A stretch of 64,000 bases of DNA, from positions 1,440,001 through 1,504,000 of the forward strand of contig OZ245003.1 in the NCBI GenBank assembly GCA_965223425.1. The letters run 5' to 3'. The stretch comes from Nitrosopumilus sp. GTDB lineage: Archaea; Thermoproteota; Nitrososphaeria; Nitrososphaerales; Nitrosopumilaceae. Every line of letters starts with the position of its first letter. Within the stretch, counting starts at the first letter, position 1. The notes beneath the pieces are model-generated. The model was not told the DNA's origin and ran no database searches. It was given only the letters and a program-made list of their open reading frames with translations. Positions 1 to 11,398 of the stretch are shown here, piece after piece. Position numbers and translations under genes: made by a program.

Positions 1-823
1 CGCCAGTTAGCATTTTTCCATATGCCACAATGTCTGGAATGCTTTTTTGCTCTTCATATTGTGACATGGAGCCCAACCTTCCAAAGCCTGTTGCAATCTC
101 ATCTAAAACAAACAAGACATCATATTTTTTACAGAGCCGGCTGATCTTTTTCTGAAATCCTTTTGGATAAATTATGACTCCTCCTGCAACTTGTGCACCG
201 CTCTCCATGACAAAGGCTGCAACATTGTCATTTTTAGCTAGCTTCTTTTCAATTTTATCTAGGCAATAATTTTGATAGTCGTAATCTGTAAACCCTTTTG
301 GAATTCTGTATTTATTTGGGACAGGAAACTGGGTTGCAGCAAACAGCTGTTTTTTAAACTTGCCAAAAAATTCTGGAACATATCCAACAGACATTGCGCC
401 AAACGTATCCCCATGATATCCGTTTTCAACTGCTGCAATCTGTGTCTTCTTTTTCTCTCCAACGTTTTTCCAGTATTGCAGTGCCATCTTAATTGCAATC
501 TCCATTGCAGATGACCCGTTATCTGAATAGAATACCTTGTGCATTTTAGGCGATATCTTTACAAGATTTTCTGCAAGTTTTTCAGCAGGCTCGTTTGTGA
601 GGTTGAACATGGATGAGTGCTGTAGTCTCTTGCTTTGGTCTGCGATGACTTTTACTAGATGTGGATTAGAATGCCCCCATACATTGCACCACATTGATGC
701 CACGCCATCAAGCATTTTGTTGCCTTTAGAATCAGTTAACCACATGCCTTTACCCCGGGTGATCTTCTCAAAGGACTCCCATTCATTCATCTGGGTATTT
801 GGGTGCCAAACAGAACTTTTCAA
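1..823 (-). CDS. bioA: adenosylmethionine-8-amino-7-oxononanoate aminotransferase (3' part outside window)
   Basis: Manual translation from TTG at 823: VWHPNTQM, LDGVASMWCNVWGH, FYSDNGSSAMEIAIK, GYHGDTFGA, LDEIATGFGRLG, PDIVAYGKMLTG (class III PLP aminotransferase); divergent from bioD. Confidence 0.93.
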   Translation of the reverse strand, partial: MKSSVWHPNTQMNEWESFEKITRGKGMWLTDSKGNKMLDGVASMWCNVWGHSNPHLVKVIADQSKRLQHSSMFNLTNEPAEKLAENLVKISPKMHKVFYSDNGSSAMEIAIKMALQYWKNVGEKKKTQIAAVENGYHGDTFGAMSVGYVPEFFGKFKKQLFAATQFPVPNKYRIPKGFTDYDYQNYCLDKIEKKLAKNDNVAAFVMESGAQVAGGVIIYPKGFQKKISRLCKKYDVLFVLDEIATGFGRLGSMSQYEEQKSIPDIVAYGKMLTG

Positions 824-872
824 CTGATTTTGTATGGTTTAAGATCTTAATAATTAACCGATGAATTAATCA

Positions 873-1583
873 ATGAATCATTTAGAATCTATTTTGTTGA
901 AATCTATCTTTATTGCTGGAACTGACACTGATGTTGGAAAGACATACATCACAGCAGGCTTGGGCGCAACACTTCGAAAAATGGGAATTGACGTTGGCGT
1001 GATGAAGCCGTTTGCAGCGGGAAGAACACCCCAGAAGAAAGGCTACAAATCAGAGGATGCTGAAATTTTGTCTCGCGCCGCACAAGTCTGTGATCCGGAA
1101 AACTTGGTGAATCCCCAGTTTTTTCCAATCCCTGCATCCCCTTACACTGCGTGGAAGAGTTTGAAAATAAAGCCAAAAATCTCCGCCGTCTTATCTAGTT
1201 TTAAAAAACTATCAAAACGTCACGATATGTTGCTTGTAGAGGGAATGGGCGGGGTTATGACTCCCATTCTAAGGGAGTACTACATTACAAGTTTGATCAG
1301 AGAGATGGGGATTCCGGCAGTCATTGTAACAAAAACTAGGATTGGAACTGTCAATCACACCATAATGACAGCAAAGATGTGCGAAAAATATAAAATTCCA
1401 GTCAAGGGAATCATAATCAACAATTTTGATAAAGGATATCCTGTAAAAGAACTAAGGCGGGACCTGCAAAGCCTTACCGGAATCCCGGTCTTGGGCTCGA
1501 TTCCGTTCATTAAAAACATGAGTGATTCGGCGTTGTTTAAAATTTTCAAAAAAAATATTGATTTCAAACTGCTCTTGGCGTAA
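873..1583 (+). CDS. bioD: dethiobiotin synthase
   Basis: GTDTDVGKT P-loop, MKP, VEGMGG, GTVNHT motifs. Confidence 0.95.
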   Translation: MNHLESILLKSIFIAGTDTDVGKTYITAGLGATLRKMGIDVGVMKPFAAGRTPQKKGYKSEDAEILSRAAQVCDPENLVNPQFFPIPASPYTAWKSLKIKPKISAVLSSFKKLSKRHDMLLVEGMGGVMTPILREYYITSLIREMGIPAVIVTKTRIGTVNHTIMTAKMCEKYKIPVKGIIINNFDKGYPVKELRRDLQSLTGIPVLGSIPFIKNMSDSALFKIFKKNIDFKLLLA

Positions 1584-2153
1584 CTACTGCACACGCAATA
1601 TTTTGAATTTGCTTGCGCCGCCTGCGCTGCTGCTGCTGCCAAACTGCGCTATCTCAAAGATGATTTTTGAAAACGAGCTGTCTTCTTCTTCCTTGGACAA
1701 AACAAACGATTTTTCTTTAATCGGAATGTTTTCTGATAACACCACCCAAATGTTATTTTTCTCTGGCTGAATTTTTTCCAGCTCCGAGATTTTTTCTTTG
1801 ATTGCCTTTAATTCTGATGATTTTGGAATGCAAATCACCAACGCCCTCTTTGGGTCTTTTTCTAATGTTTTGATGTCTGGAATTACAATGTCTAAATCAA
1901 TTCCTTGAAGTTCTATTTTTCTTTGACTGGTAATCAGAGCGCTGGTGAGCAGGTAATGCAGCAGCCCTGTAGCTAGAATTCCTATTGCCTCGTCTTTTTC
2001 TCCAAGGGAAGCAACTTCATCATAGCAATCTCTGACAACTTTGTCAATTATCTGATCAAATTTTTTCTCAGAAATTAGCTGCGGCACAGTCTGTGAATTT
2101 CTGATATACTCAAACAAGAAATCCTTGACCGGGTTTGTCTCCTCATCCATCAT
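1584..2153 (-). CDS. hypothetical protein
   Basis: 189-aa ORF overlapping the stop of the HMG-CoA synthase gene. Confidence 0.75.
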   Translation of the reverse strand: MMDEETNPVKDFLFEYIRNSQTVPQLISEKKFDQIIDKVVRDCYDEVASLGEKDEAIGILATGLLHYLLTSALITSQRKIELQGIDLDIVIPDIKTLEKDPKRALVICIPKSSELKAIKEKISELEKIQPEKNNIWVVLSENIPIKEKSFVLSKEEEDSSFSKIIFEIAQFGSSSSAGGASKFKILRVQ

Positions 2154-3544
2154 TCATTAAAGACGTAACGCCTTTCGCCTCTGGATTCTGTTTCAGTTTT
2201 TACATCTATGAGCACAAACTCCTTCTTTGTATGTACCATTGACTCTTCAGGGGTCAGCATATTTTCGTGCAGCTTTTCATATTCTTCCAATGTTAGCTTT
2301 CTTCTTTTGCCAATCTCTGCCTCTAAATTCATGTTCTTTACTACCTGCTCATATTCTGGTTGAATGACCCCGCTGAACACCATCGCACTGCTTCCGCTGC
2401 CATATGATCCAAATCCTACTCTTTTTCCTTCTAGTTTAATCCCTTTTTGGAATTCAAATTCTAAACTGCTTCTAAATCCCAAGTATAATGATGCGGTGTA
2501 CAAATTTCCAATCATGCTGGATGCAACAAGCGAACTTGCAAGTTTTGACTCGTACACTTCTTGAAATTCAGGAGTTTTTGAAAACAGTTTTGTAAACTCG
2601 TGATCATTTGCCATAAACTCCTCATCGCCTAGCACTGATTCAATTGTTCCTCGCGGATCTTTTGGTGTGGGTTCCTCAACGCCTACCTCCTGTAAAATTC
2701 TCTTCCAACGTGGGAGCTGACGCCACTCGTGTCTGATTAGGTATGCTAGCGCCTTTTTTCCCATGTTGCTGTATGGCAAGTGCATGTTAATGTAATCCAT
2801 GTGGTCTAGAATCGTCTCACCTGGCTCTATGTTGATTAGCCGTGTTGAGATTACCTTTTTCTTATAAGCCTCGAGTGCTTTTCTTACCTGAATCATGTAA
2901 AGCAGGTTAGAGTATTGTCCATGAACGATTGGTGTTTCTTTTCCAAAAGGTCTGTAAAAATCATACTCATCTTTAATCGACGTTGATGTGACTTTTGGAT
3001 CAAACGTCAACAATCTTGGGGCATCATTGAGAAGCATCACCACAGATCCCGCACCCTGAGTCATTTCCCCGCTAGAACCCATGTCGTATTTTGCAATATC
3101 AGACACCACTACAAGTGCATATTTTCCTTCTGCCTCCCCTGCTCTAATCCAATTTGTGTTGTCGTACAATGCATACGAGCCACTGACACACGCAAACTTG
3201 GTTTCAACTCCGCCACAGTGCTCAAATGCCCCCTGACCATAAACCTGCTCTAGCATTCCAATAACATAGGAATTCATTGCCTTTGACTCGTCAAATGACG
3301 ATTCAGTTGAAACGTATAATCTCCCAATGTCTTCGGGGGATAGTTTGTTTTTCTGCATAATTTTCAAACATGCATTTGCTGCAAGACATGCTGGATCCTG
3401 GTTTGCATCCACAATTGCCATCTGAGATATCCCTAGCCCTTTTTGTAACTTTACCGGGTCTAATCCCCTAGCTGCGGCAAAATCAGACGCATCGATGTAT
3501 AATCTAGGGATGTATATTGCAATATCATCTATTCCTGCCGCCAT
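2150..3544 (-). CDS. mvaS: hydroxymethylglutaryl-CoA synthase
   Basis: GIDDIAIYIP, STESSFDESK, ETKFAC, SDIAKY, GEMTQGAG, GNLYTASL, SYGSG motifs. Confidence 0.93.
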   Translation of the reverse strand: MAAGIDDIAIYIPRLYIDASDFAAARGLDPVKLQKGLGISQMAIVDANQDPACLAANACLKIMQKNKLSPEDIGRLYVSTESSFDESKAMNSYVIGMLEQVYGQGAFEHCGGVETKFACVSGSYALYDNTNWIRAGEAEGKYALVVVSDIAKYDMGSSGEMTQGAGSVVMLLNDAPRLLTFDPKVTSTSIKDEYDFYRPFGKETPIVHGQYSNLLYMIQVRKALEAYKKKVISTRLINIEPGETILDHMDYINMHLPYSNMGKKALAYLIRHEWRQLPRWKRILQEVGVEEPTPKDPRGTIESVLGDEEFMANDHEFTKLFSKTPEFQEVYESKLASSLVASSMIGNLYTASLYLGFRSSLEFEFQKGIKLEGKRVGFGSYGSGSSAMVFSGVIQPEYEQVVKNMNLEAEIGKRRKLTLEEYEKLHENMLTPEESMVHTKKEFVLIDVKTETESRGERRYVFNE

Positions 3545-3885
3545 AAGCTTGGCTCCGATGATTCACTAATAAGGATTATTGTGCGATCAGCTAAGCGAAA
3601 TATGTCCTGGTTAGGGAATCATCTCTCATGCGCAGGTTCAAACCGCTGATCTGATGTCAGATTTGAGATACATTTTGCCTAACTGACTTTTGTCGTATGA
3701 CTTTACGTCCACAAGCCAACTGACAAAAGAGTCGGGCCATGATCTACGATGTCACATAAGAAGCAAAATTATTTTGGGATACCACATGACTTCACGGGGC
3801 TACATTCACGTGACATATCATCAATTCAGAGGAAACATTGAAAATGAATCGCCAAAAAAAAGATTTATTGATTTAAGGAAGAAAA

Positions 3886-4758
3886 TTATTGGTATTTTTT
3901 ATTGTCTCTTAGATATTTTGAGATAAACCATTTTACAAATACAAAGTCATTGTTTTTCAAATAAGAGAACTCTAGTTTTTTGATGTATGTCTGTTTTTCT
4001 TTTGGTTTTATATTCATCATCGGATATTTGTTCTTGTGCAAAATTAACAGCGTTAGCATTCTTCCCATTCTTCCGTTTCCATCAATAAAGGGATGAATTA
4101 ATTCAAATCTTCTATGAAATTTTGCAGATAATTGTACTGGATTAATCTTTGTCTTGATTTTGTTGTACCATTTCACTAATTCTTCAATGTCTGAAATTAC
4201 ATCAGCCCATAAGGAATACTCTGTTTTTCCCAGATATGGGGCTACATCTTCTCTCCTGAAACTTCCTGCATTATTTATGTCGGTTTTTTCAAACAATATT
4301 CCATGCCAGTCAAGAATCAATTTTTTAGAAATATCCTTATCTGTTTTTAGCATGCCATCGAAAATTATTGCCATCTGTTCGGCCTCTACAATGTCTTCAG
4401 TGGAGGTATCTTTAGGAGACAGGTGATCCTCCAATAATTTCCTTGTTTGACCCAGCGTCATAGTACTCCCTTCAATTCTTTGTGTGCTGTATACATGACT
4501 GATTTTGAAACCATGATGCTCTGATTTTAGAATTTTTGGATCAGTTTTTTTCGAAAATTCCAAGTATTTTTTTTTAATTTTTTCCAGTAACGGATTTTTT
4601 TCTTCTTGGAAAATTTCTTCTTCAAATTCTTTTTTTATCTGTTCCATATTGTTAGGTATTTTTTTGCCCAGATATCGTTCATATTGTTTTATGCTGGTTT
4701 TATGAGTTAGATAATGGTACTCTCTGTTGCCTTTAGTTCGTTTAGTTACTGATGCCAT
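3886..4758 (-). CDS. Fic family protein
   Basis: Intact Fic motif HPFIDGNGRMGR; STQRIEG motif. Confidence 0.92.
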   Translation of the reverse strand: MASVTKRTKGNREYHYLTHKTSIKQYERYLGKKIPNNMEQIKKEFEEEIFQEEKNPLLEKIKKKYLEFSKKTDPKILKSEHHGFKISHVYSTQRIEGSTMTLGQTRKLLEDHLSPKDTSTEDIVEAEQMAIIFDGMLKTDKDISKKLILDWHGILFEKTDINNAGSFRREDVAPYLGKTEYSLWADVISDIEELVKWYNKIKTKINPVQLSAKFHRRFELIHPFIDGNGRMGRMLTLLILHKNKYPMMNIKPKEKQTYIKKLEFSYLKNNDFVFVKWFISKYLRDNKKYQ

Positions 4759-4861
4759 GCAATGCCTTACCCAGTATATTATTTAATTATTTACAAAATA
4801 ACTATATTACACTGGGTAATAGTTTTATGCTGCAAAGCAGTATGAAATTACGACTAATCTC

Positions 4862-5099
4862 TTACAGGTCATCATGCAGGCAGAACAGCAGATGCCTCCT
4901 GCGTCCGGGCATGCAGTTTTCTGGCCTTTCTGCCAGTGCAGGATGTGATATGTTCTGTGTCGTGTGGTTTCTGTGCCTGGCCCACAGCTTCTGAACCCAT
5001 CGTACTGACACTTTCATGGATTGGGCTATCTGGGAGTTGGTAATCTGACCGTTTCTCTTTTCTTGCACTCTGTTGTACCTGCGGGTTCTTTAGTTTCAT
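4862..5099 (-). pseudogene. transposase N-terminal HTH remnant (IS481-like), frameshifted
   Basis: NSQIAQSMKVSVRWVQKLWAR HTH segment split across two frames; higher GC than flanks. Confidence 0.6.
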
Positions 5100-5391
5100 G
5101 TTGTCTGGATGCTCCAGACTTCGTGTTTTCCTACCTTTTTTTCCAGACCCACAACCCTTGTTTCCTGTGACAGTAAGGTTGGTGCACCTGCTCTTTATCG
5201 ACTTTACAACTCAGACAAGGGGTGAACTACTTTTTGTACAAGATAGCGCAAAAAACAGGCAGTCTGCCATGATTGCAAGAGAGATGTGTACATCAGAGGC
5301 CCGTCCAGAAACTGTGGGGGGTTCGTCGATTTCGGGCTCCGGATGTTTTGGTGCTTTTTGACTCGTTTTTTATTGTCTGATCAATATGTCC

Positions 5392-6096
5392 TTATTTTTT
5401 TAGCTCAGTTTCAAAAATATTTTCAAACGTTTCGTATGGCTGTGCTCCAAAAATTCGCGTAGTTTTTCCATCCGGACCAATTACAAAGAATGCAGGAGTT
5501 CCGGTTAGCTCTAACAGTTTGGCATCATCATTACTTGCAATAATTGTCTGTGAATGTGTTCCTTTTTCCATACATTCAGACCATTGAACGGCATCTAGGT
5601 CTATTTCTTGAGCAAACTTTAACAAGTTCTCAGAAGATGCCCAACCATTGTTCTCCCCTGTCCAATTATCGTATAGAATGTCATGGTATTGCCAAAATAA
5701 TCCTTGCTCGTTTGCACAATGGGCACCATGAGATGCATTGACTGAGTCAGGCCCTATTATGTTATAGTCTTTGAAAATCATTTTGACTTTTCCGGCTTCA
5801 ACATAGTTTTTCAATATGTCATCTTCAGTAGAGTGAAAGAAAACATTACAGAAGTGACATTGATAATCTCCAAATTCCACCAAAGTTACTTGTGCATCAG
5901 GGTTTCCAAGAATCGGTGAGCCGTTATCCAGAAATGTATTCATTGTAATTTTTTGCGGTTCTGATTCTTTAATGACTGGTGCTGGCTCTAATGTGAGCTC
6001 TTGCTCGTTTGAAATTCCATCAAATCCCACAAATGCCATAATTATTGTTATAGAAGCAATTCCTGCACCCATTGCCAAGGAAGGGCCATGTATCAA
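5392..6096 (-). CDS. DsbA family thioredoxin-fold protein
   Basis: EFGDYQCHFC CxxC, GTPAF cis-Pro motif, N-terminal membrane anchor. Confidence 0.92.
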   Translation of the reverse strand: MIHGPSLAMGAGIASITIIMAFVGFDGISNEQELTLEPAPVIKESEPQKITMNTFLDNGSPILGNPDAQVTLVEFGDYQCHFCNVFFHSTEDDILKNYVEAGKVKMIFKDYNIIGPDSVNASHGAHCANEQGLFWQYHDILYDNWTGENNGWASSENLLKFAQEIDLDAVQWSECMEKGTHSQTIIASNDDAKLLELTGTPAFFVIGPDGKTTRIFGAQPYETFENIFETELKK

Positions 6097-6475
6097 TGAT
6101 GTTGAAATTTTTTCAACCCATTTAGTCTTTTGTGACTACATCCATCATGTTGTTTTTCAGCCAAATTGAACGCTGTATCATGGCAGCTAAGCAAAATGCG
6201 CTCTAACACAAGCCAAATCCAGTACAAAACACAAACAGATCAAAAGGATGCAACCCCGATGATTTTCGTTGTCAAGACAAAAAACCAAACAGAATGGTAT
6301 CAAGTATTATGGCATCTTAGTACATGCGCCGTGCACTTTCAGAATACCTGAGGACAGCAAACCGAATTGACGGGATGAACACATTGGCCGAAAATCTCTC
6401 GTGGCAAAGGACACTTGATCGGCACCCACATGAGATGATCATTCTCCTCATCAATAACTAAAAAAACAGGATGGT

Positions 6476-7540
6476 GTGAGTGGATGTATGAAAAAAGTTT
6501 TTGTGAATGGATATGGCTCTATTGGCAGCAGGATTACTGCATTTCTCAAAGATGATCCAGAGATTAACCTCATTGGGGTAGGCAAGTACTCTCCAGACAA
6601 TGATGTTAATGTTGCAATTTCTAGAGGATTGAAGGTTTATGTCCCTGAAAAAAAATTAAACGAATTCAAAGACTTCGATGTGTCAGGAACAGTTGAATCT
6701 GCACTTGATGACTGCGATTTAGTAATAGATGCCGCCCCTGGCAGTCATGGTTACAAAAACAAAAAAAATGCCTACGAACCAAGAGACATTCCTGCAATTT
6801 ACCAAGGCGGAGAAACCACAGCTGGGTCTGAGGCTGTTTCTGATTTACTGTTTAACTCTAGAGTCAACTATGATCTTGCGTTAGGCAAGCAACATGTAAT
6901 GCAAGGCAGCTGCAATGTGACTGGGATGGGGAGGATTTTAGAACCTTTGCGGCTAAAATTTGGCAAAAGGCTAACTCGGTTTGATGTAACATTGATCCGG
7001 CGATGGGCAGACATTGAACAGACTGACAAAGCACTTTCAGATACCATAGAGATGACAGAAAAACCTCATCACGGAGATGATGTCAAGACATACTTTGGAA
7101 AGGATGCGCCTCTTTTTGTTAGGGCAATAAAGGTTCCAACAAGACAAATGCATTTACACATAATGGATATCAGATTCAGGGACGCGGCCCCAAAGCCTTC
7201 TGAAATCCATGAAATTTTTACAAACGAATTTGGAGTGGCAACTTTATGGACTGCCAAAGGAACTAAAGAGGTTCGAGAGTATGCCCAAAACATGGGCTTT
7301 CACTTTACTGATACAAATATGATTCACATCCATGCCAATATGACTGCCTCCATAGGAGACACTGTTCAGATGATGTATTCGGATGATCAGACGGGGATTG
7401 TAATCCCTGAGAACCACATGCTTGTGCAAGCAATGCTGTTTGGAAAGCCTTATCAAGAAGCATTTGAACACACAAAATCAATTTTCAACATGGATGAAAA
7501 AAAACAGAAACTGCAAGAGCATTTTGCCAAAAAAGCCTAG
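6476..7540 (+). CDS. gap: archaeal type II glyceraldehyde-3-phosphate dehydrogenase
   Basis: VNGYGSIG, YQGGE, SCN catalytic Cys, RRWAD, HHG. Confidence 0.9.
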   Translation: MSGCMKKVFVNGYGSIGSRITAFLKDDPEINLIGVGKYSPDNDVNVAISRGLKVYVPEKKLNEFKDFDVSGTVESALDDCDLVIDAAPGSHGYKNKKNAYEPRDIPAIYQGGETTAGSEAVSDLLFNSRVNYDLALGKQHVMQGSCNVTGMGRILEPLRLKFGKRLTRFDVTLIRRWADIEQTDKALSDTIEMTEKPHHGDDVKTYFGKDAPLFVRAIKVPTRQMHLHIMDIRFRDAAPKPSEIHEIFTNEFGVATLWTAKGTKEVREYAQNMGFHFTDTNMIHIHANMTASIGDTVQMMYSDDQTGIVIPENHMLVQAMLFGKPYQEAFEHTKSIFNMDEKKQKLQEHFAKKA

Positions 7541-8790
7541 GTTCTAATTCGCTCAATTCTAATTTTCTGAGGTATGTTCTTTGAAACCTTTTCGACGATT
7601 ATCCTTAGCTCCTCCACTTCCACTTTGTCTCCCTCCTGCGGTATGTCTTGTAACCTTTCATGGAGTAGCCCGTTAAGTGACGCATAGTCATCCCCTTCCG
7701 GAATTTTAGTTTTGAAAATTTCATTAATTGTGTCGATTTCAATATCCCCGTTTGTGATTATTGTGTCTTGATCAATTTTCTCATACCCTGTTGATCTGGT
7801 CAGATCTGTTTCATCTTCAATCTCTCCAACTATCTCCTCAAGCAGGTCTTCTAAAGTAACAAGCCCTTCAACGCCTCCGTGCTCATCGACAACAATTGCC
7901 ATGTGTGTTTTTCTTCCCTTCATTTCCTTTAGCAAGGAACTGATCATTTTTTCTTGAGATGCAAACACGGGTTTTCTTGCAATCTGTTCAAGATTCACCA
8001 TCCTGTTGTCCTTCTCTAATTCCTTAAGAACATCTCTGGCGTGAATGAATCCCACAATATCATCGCCAGTGTCTCCAAAAATCGGGATTCTTGAATGCCC
8101 ACTCTGATTAATTTGAGGCAAGGCCTCAAAAAGCAACATTTTAGAATTTAATGTAAACATTTTGGTTCTAGGTGTCATTACTGAACGAATTACTGTGTCA
8201 TCAAACTTCAATGCTCCATGGACAAGCTCCATCTCTTCTTTTTCAATGGCCTTCTCTTCTAATCCTTGATCAATAACCCCTTTGATTTCATCCTCGGTAA
8301 TTGGGGGAGGCGTGTATCTGCTGCCAGTTATTTTTACAACCCCTTTGGTAATAATTTCAAAAAATTTTACGACTGGGTATAATGCATAGCTGAATGCTAG
8401 TAAGACAGGTGCGTATCTTAATGCAATTTTTGTAGAGTTTGCATTGCAGTATGTCTTTGGGGTAATTTCACCAAATACCAGGATTAGAAATGTCATAATC
8501 CCAATTGCAATGCCTAAACCGTCATTTCCAAATAATCTGATTGCCACACTCGTTGCAAGCGCTGAAGCCCCCACGTTTACAAGGTTGTTCCCAAGATTTA
8601 CACTTGACATCATCCAACTCGGATTTGTTTTTAGCTTGTACAGTGCTTTTGAGCCTTTTTGCCCTTGATTAAAAAGTTGCACTACCTTTGATTTTCTAAC
8701 ATTGACTAAAGCCACTTCCAAACCACTAAAGAATCCAGACAGGCCAATCAGGACGGCCAAAGCTGCAATTTCAATCCATAAATCTACCAT
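7537..8790 (-). CDS. CNNM/CorC family (DUF21-CBS-CorC) membrane protein
   Basis: FFSGLEVAL, FGEITPK, VMTPR, HSRIPI, VDEHGGVEGLVTLEDLLEEIVGEI. Confidence 0.92.
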   Translation of the reverse strand: MVDLWIEIAALAVLIGLSGFFSGLEVALVNVRKSKVVQLFNQGQKGSKALYKLKTNPSWMMSSVNLGNNLVNVGASALATSVAIRLFGNDGLGIAIGIMTFLILVFGEITPKTYCNANSTKIALRYAPVLLAFSYALYPVVKFFEIITKGVVKITGSRYTPPPITEDEIKGVIDQGLEEKAIEKEEMELVHGALKFDDTVIRSVMTPRTKMFTLNSKMLLFEALPQINQSGHSRIPIFGDTGDDIVGFIHARDVLKELEKDNRMVNLEQIARKPVFASQEKMISSLLKEMKGRKTHMAIVVDEHGGVEGLVTLEDLLEEIVGEIEDETDLTRSTGYEKIDQDTIITNGDIEIDTINEIFKTKIPEGDDYASLNGLLHERLQDIPQEGDKVEVEELRIIVEKVSKNIPQKIRIERIRT

Positions 8791-8942
8791 GATATCCTCC
8801 AGAAAACTTTCTCAGAACAACTACTGTGTTACTCATTTATTTTTTTAACACCATCTTTAGGCTACCATATTTTTACAAAACTGGAATTTAACTCTTGAGA
8901 TAGATGTTAAATAATCCGAGTCAATTGAGCCTAAAGATAAGG

Positions 8943-10280
8943 CTAATTTTTTGGAGGCCTTGCAAATCTGTTTTTAGGATCACGGTGATAATCTACAGGA
9001 AGCATGGCGTCTTTTTGCCTGCCCGTAAGAATTCCTACTACTGTGTCATCCCTTTTGATTATCTCCCCATCAATCAATTTTTTAATTCCGACAACTGTTG
9101 CCCCTGATGCCATTTCGCAGTCAAACCCGTTAAGGCCAACTGCAGACATGCCATCTAACATTTCAGAGTCTGAGACTGTAGTTACTACACCGTCAGTGAA
9201 CTCTAATGCGCGCAGTCCTTTCAAAATGTTTGCGGGTCTGCCAATTTGGATTGCAGTGGCTTTAGTTTTTGGTCGCAATCCCTCCTTATCTAAATGATCA
9301 TAATATCTGGCAATTAATTCAGTGTTTGGATTTCCTTTATTCCATCTGAGCTCTTCATCTTCAAATTTGCCGTTGTACAAATCAGATAACGTACTTGCTC
9401 CTTCGGAATTTATGACTGCAATTCTTGGAATTTTCTTGATCCAGCCCCATTCATGTAGTTCCATCAACGCTTTTCCGCAACTGGAGGTGTTTCCTAAAGC
9501 ACCTCCTGGGTATACGATCCAGTCAGGAGACTCCCAATTAAGATACTCTAATGCTCTAAATAGAATTGTTTTTTGTCCCTCAATTCTAAATGGGTTGATA
9601 GAGTTTACAGTGTATCCATTGTGGTTTTGTGCATCATCTAGTGATTGTTTTAGCGCATCATCAAAATTTCCGTCAATTTCTACAATTTGTGCTCCAAATT
9701 GATATGCTTGGCTGAGTTTTCCTGGCGCAATCTGTCCTGCTGGTATGTATACATCGCAGTTTATTCCTTCATTTGCAGCAAACATTCCGGCAGAAGCTGA
9801 TGTGTTTCCCGTAGATGCACAAACAATTTTTTTTGCGCCTACCATCTTGGCATGAGTTACAGCAGTTGCCATTCCGTTATCCTTGAAGGAACCGCTCGGA
9901 TTGTATCCTTCAGGCTGTAACCACAGCGTATCATTTGATATTCCTATGAGTTCTGCAGCTTTTGACATTTGGTATGGCTTTGACTGCCTTCCCTCTGCAC
10001 CATCAAGGGATACTAAATATTTTGAACATTCTTCTACGTTATTGGTATCTATCTGACAAAAATTCAGTAGTTCTCTAAATCTCCAAACTCCGCTTTCATT
10101 GAAAATACTGCCTTGGGGATTTCGTCTTTTGTAAAATACTTCTTTGAGTCCATCAGAAAGCCTATTCTTATATTTGACATCTAGCAAATGTTCTTTCTCA
10201 CATTGCACGTTTGCACTGTCTATTGGATATTCTAAACCACAGTTAGGATCAATGCATTTTAGATATGCGTCACCTTGCAT
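8943..10280 (-). CDS. thrC: threonine synthase
   Basis: NPSGSFKD, CASTGNTSAS, NSINPFRIEGQKT; likely start MQGDAY at 10280. Confidence 0.92.
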   Translation of the reverse strand: MQGDAYLKCIDPNCGLEYPIDSANVQCEKEHLLDVKYKNRLSDGLKEVFYKRRNPQGSIFNESGVWRFRELLNFCQIDTNNVEECSKYLVSLDGAEGRQSKPYQMSKAAELIGISNDTLWLQPEGYNPSGSFKDNGMATAVTHAKMVGAKKIVCASTGNTSASAGMFAANEGINCDVYIPAGQIAPGKLSQAYQFGAQIVEIDGNFDDALKQSLDDAQNHNGYTVNSINPFRIEGQKTILFRALEYLNWESPDWIVYPGGALGNTSSCGKALMELHEWGWIKKIPRIAVINSEGASTLSDLYNGKFEDEELRWNKGNPNTELIARYYDHLDKEGLRPKTKATAIQIGRPANILKGLRALEFTDGVVTTVSDSEMLDGMSAVGLNGFDCEMASGATVVGIKKLIDGEIIKRDDTVVGILTGRQKDAMLPVDYHRDPKNRFARPPKN

Positions 10281-10383
10281 TGCTCTTTGAGAAGATGGCT
10301 GATAATTTAAAGCAAATGTGTAAATTTTACACAAGGCAAGCTAATTTCCCAAACTTTAGATTAGATAACTGTTTTCACTAACT

Positions 10384-11390
10384 CAGCTAAGCGAAATCTG
10401 CCCCAAGCCTGAGATCATGTATAGGCGGTTTGGGCTGGCGTATGGGAAGCGATTCCAGCTGCACCTTAAACGTCAGCATGGTCATGACACTCTGCCTTTC
10501 AGTGCCATCAGAAAGCAGTGCCCTGACAATTATCCATTCATTGTACAATACCAGAGAATGGTAAAAGCACAGCATCTGCGATTCCATGTCTGTGATTCGT
10601 GTCTTGGCCCTGCACTCCTCGATTTTGCCGTACTCGTCTTTATCCACCATCTTTTGGCATAGACCTCGATCCTGACTGCGGGATGGTTTGTTGCAAACCC
10701 GATGTGCCTCCTTCTGGGTCATCAGAGTCTTTGGCCTTTTTTCTGTCAGCTGTTATCATAGAATATTTGGCAGCAGAACCCAGGTTGTTTTCAATTACGT
10801 TCCTTGAGATCTTTTCTCTTTTCTCCTGTGCAAACTTTTGCAGGACTGCCACTACGTTGTACGTGTTCCTGCACGGCATCAGAAACTTTACGTTGTTTTC
10901 CTGTAGCCTGCTTATCACACCAACTGAGAAGAACTCACAGTCAAGCAACGCCAAGTGTATCCTGATGCACCCACTTTTGTCATGGTTTTGGGGACAGCAT
11001 CCACGTAATCAGGCATGATGCGGCAAGAACGATACGCATCTTGTTCAATTCCCTTGATTGCCGATGCAATCCACCTGTCAAATGGGGTACTGCAGTGTTT
11101 GTGCCTTTGCGCATCTGCATACGGAGGAATCCATAGCGGCAGCCTTTAGCATGCTGCAGTTCAGATCATCTGTTCCAAACGTTGCGTTGTACCTGTCTGA
11201 TGTGTTGGCGCATGCAAGCATGTTTTTTGTGCCGTCTGCAACATCTTCATATATGCGTGGATTGTTTAACAGTTCGCGGCCCTGTCTGGTTTTTTATCTC
11301 AACAACAAAAATCAGGGGGTCGTACCCTCATTGATCTGCTTGCATTTTGTAGCCAATTTGGCCTGAATTGGAGCAGATTTCGCTTAGCTG
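10384..11390 (-). mobile_element. degraded ISH3-family IS
   Basis: TIRs CAGCTAAGCGAAATCTGC (10384) and reverse complement ending 11390; fragmented transposase (LLDCEFFSVGVI, FLMPCRN). Confidence 0.8.
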
Positions 11391-11398
11391 AGTTTCTA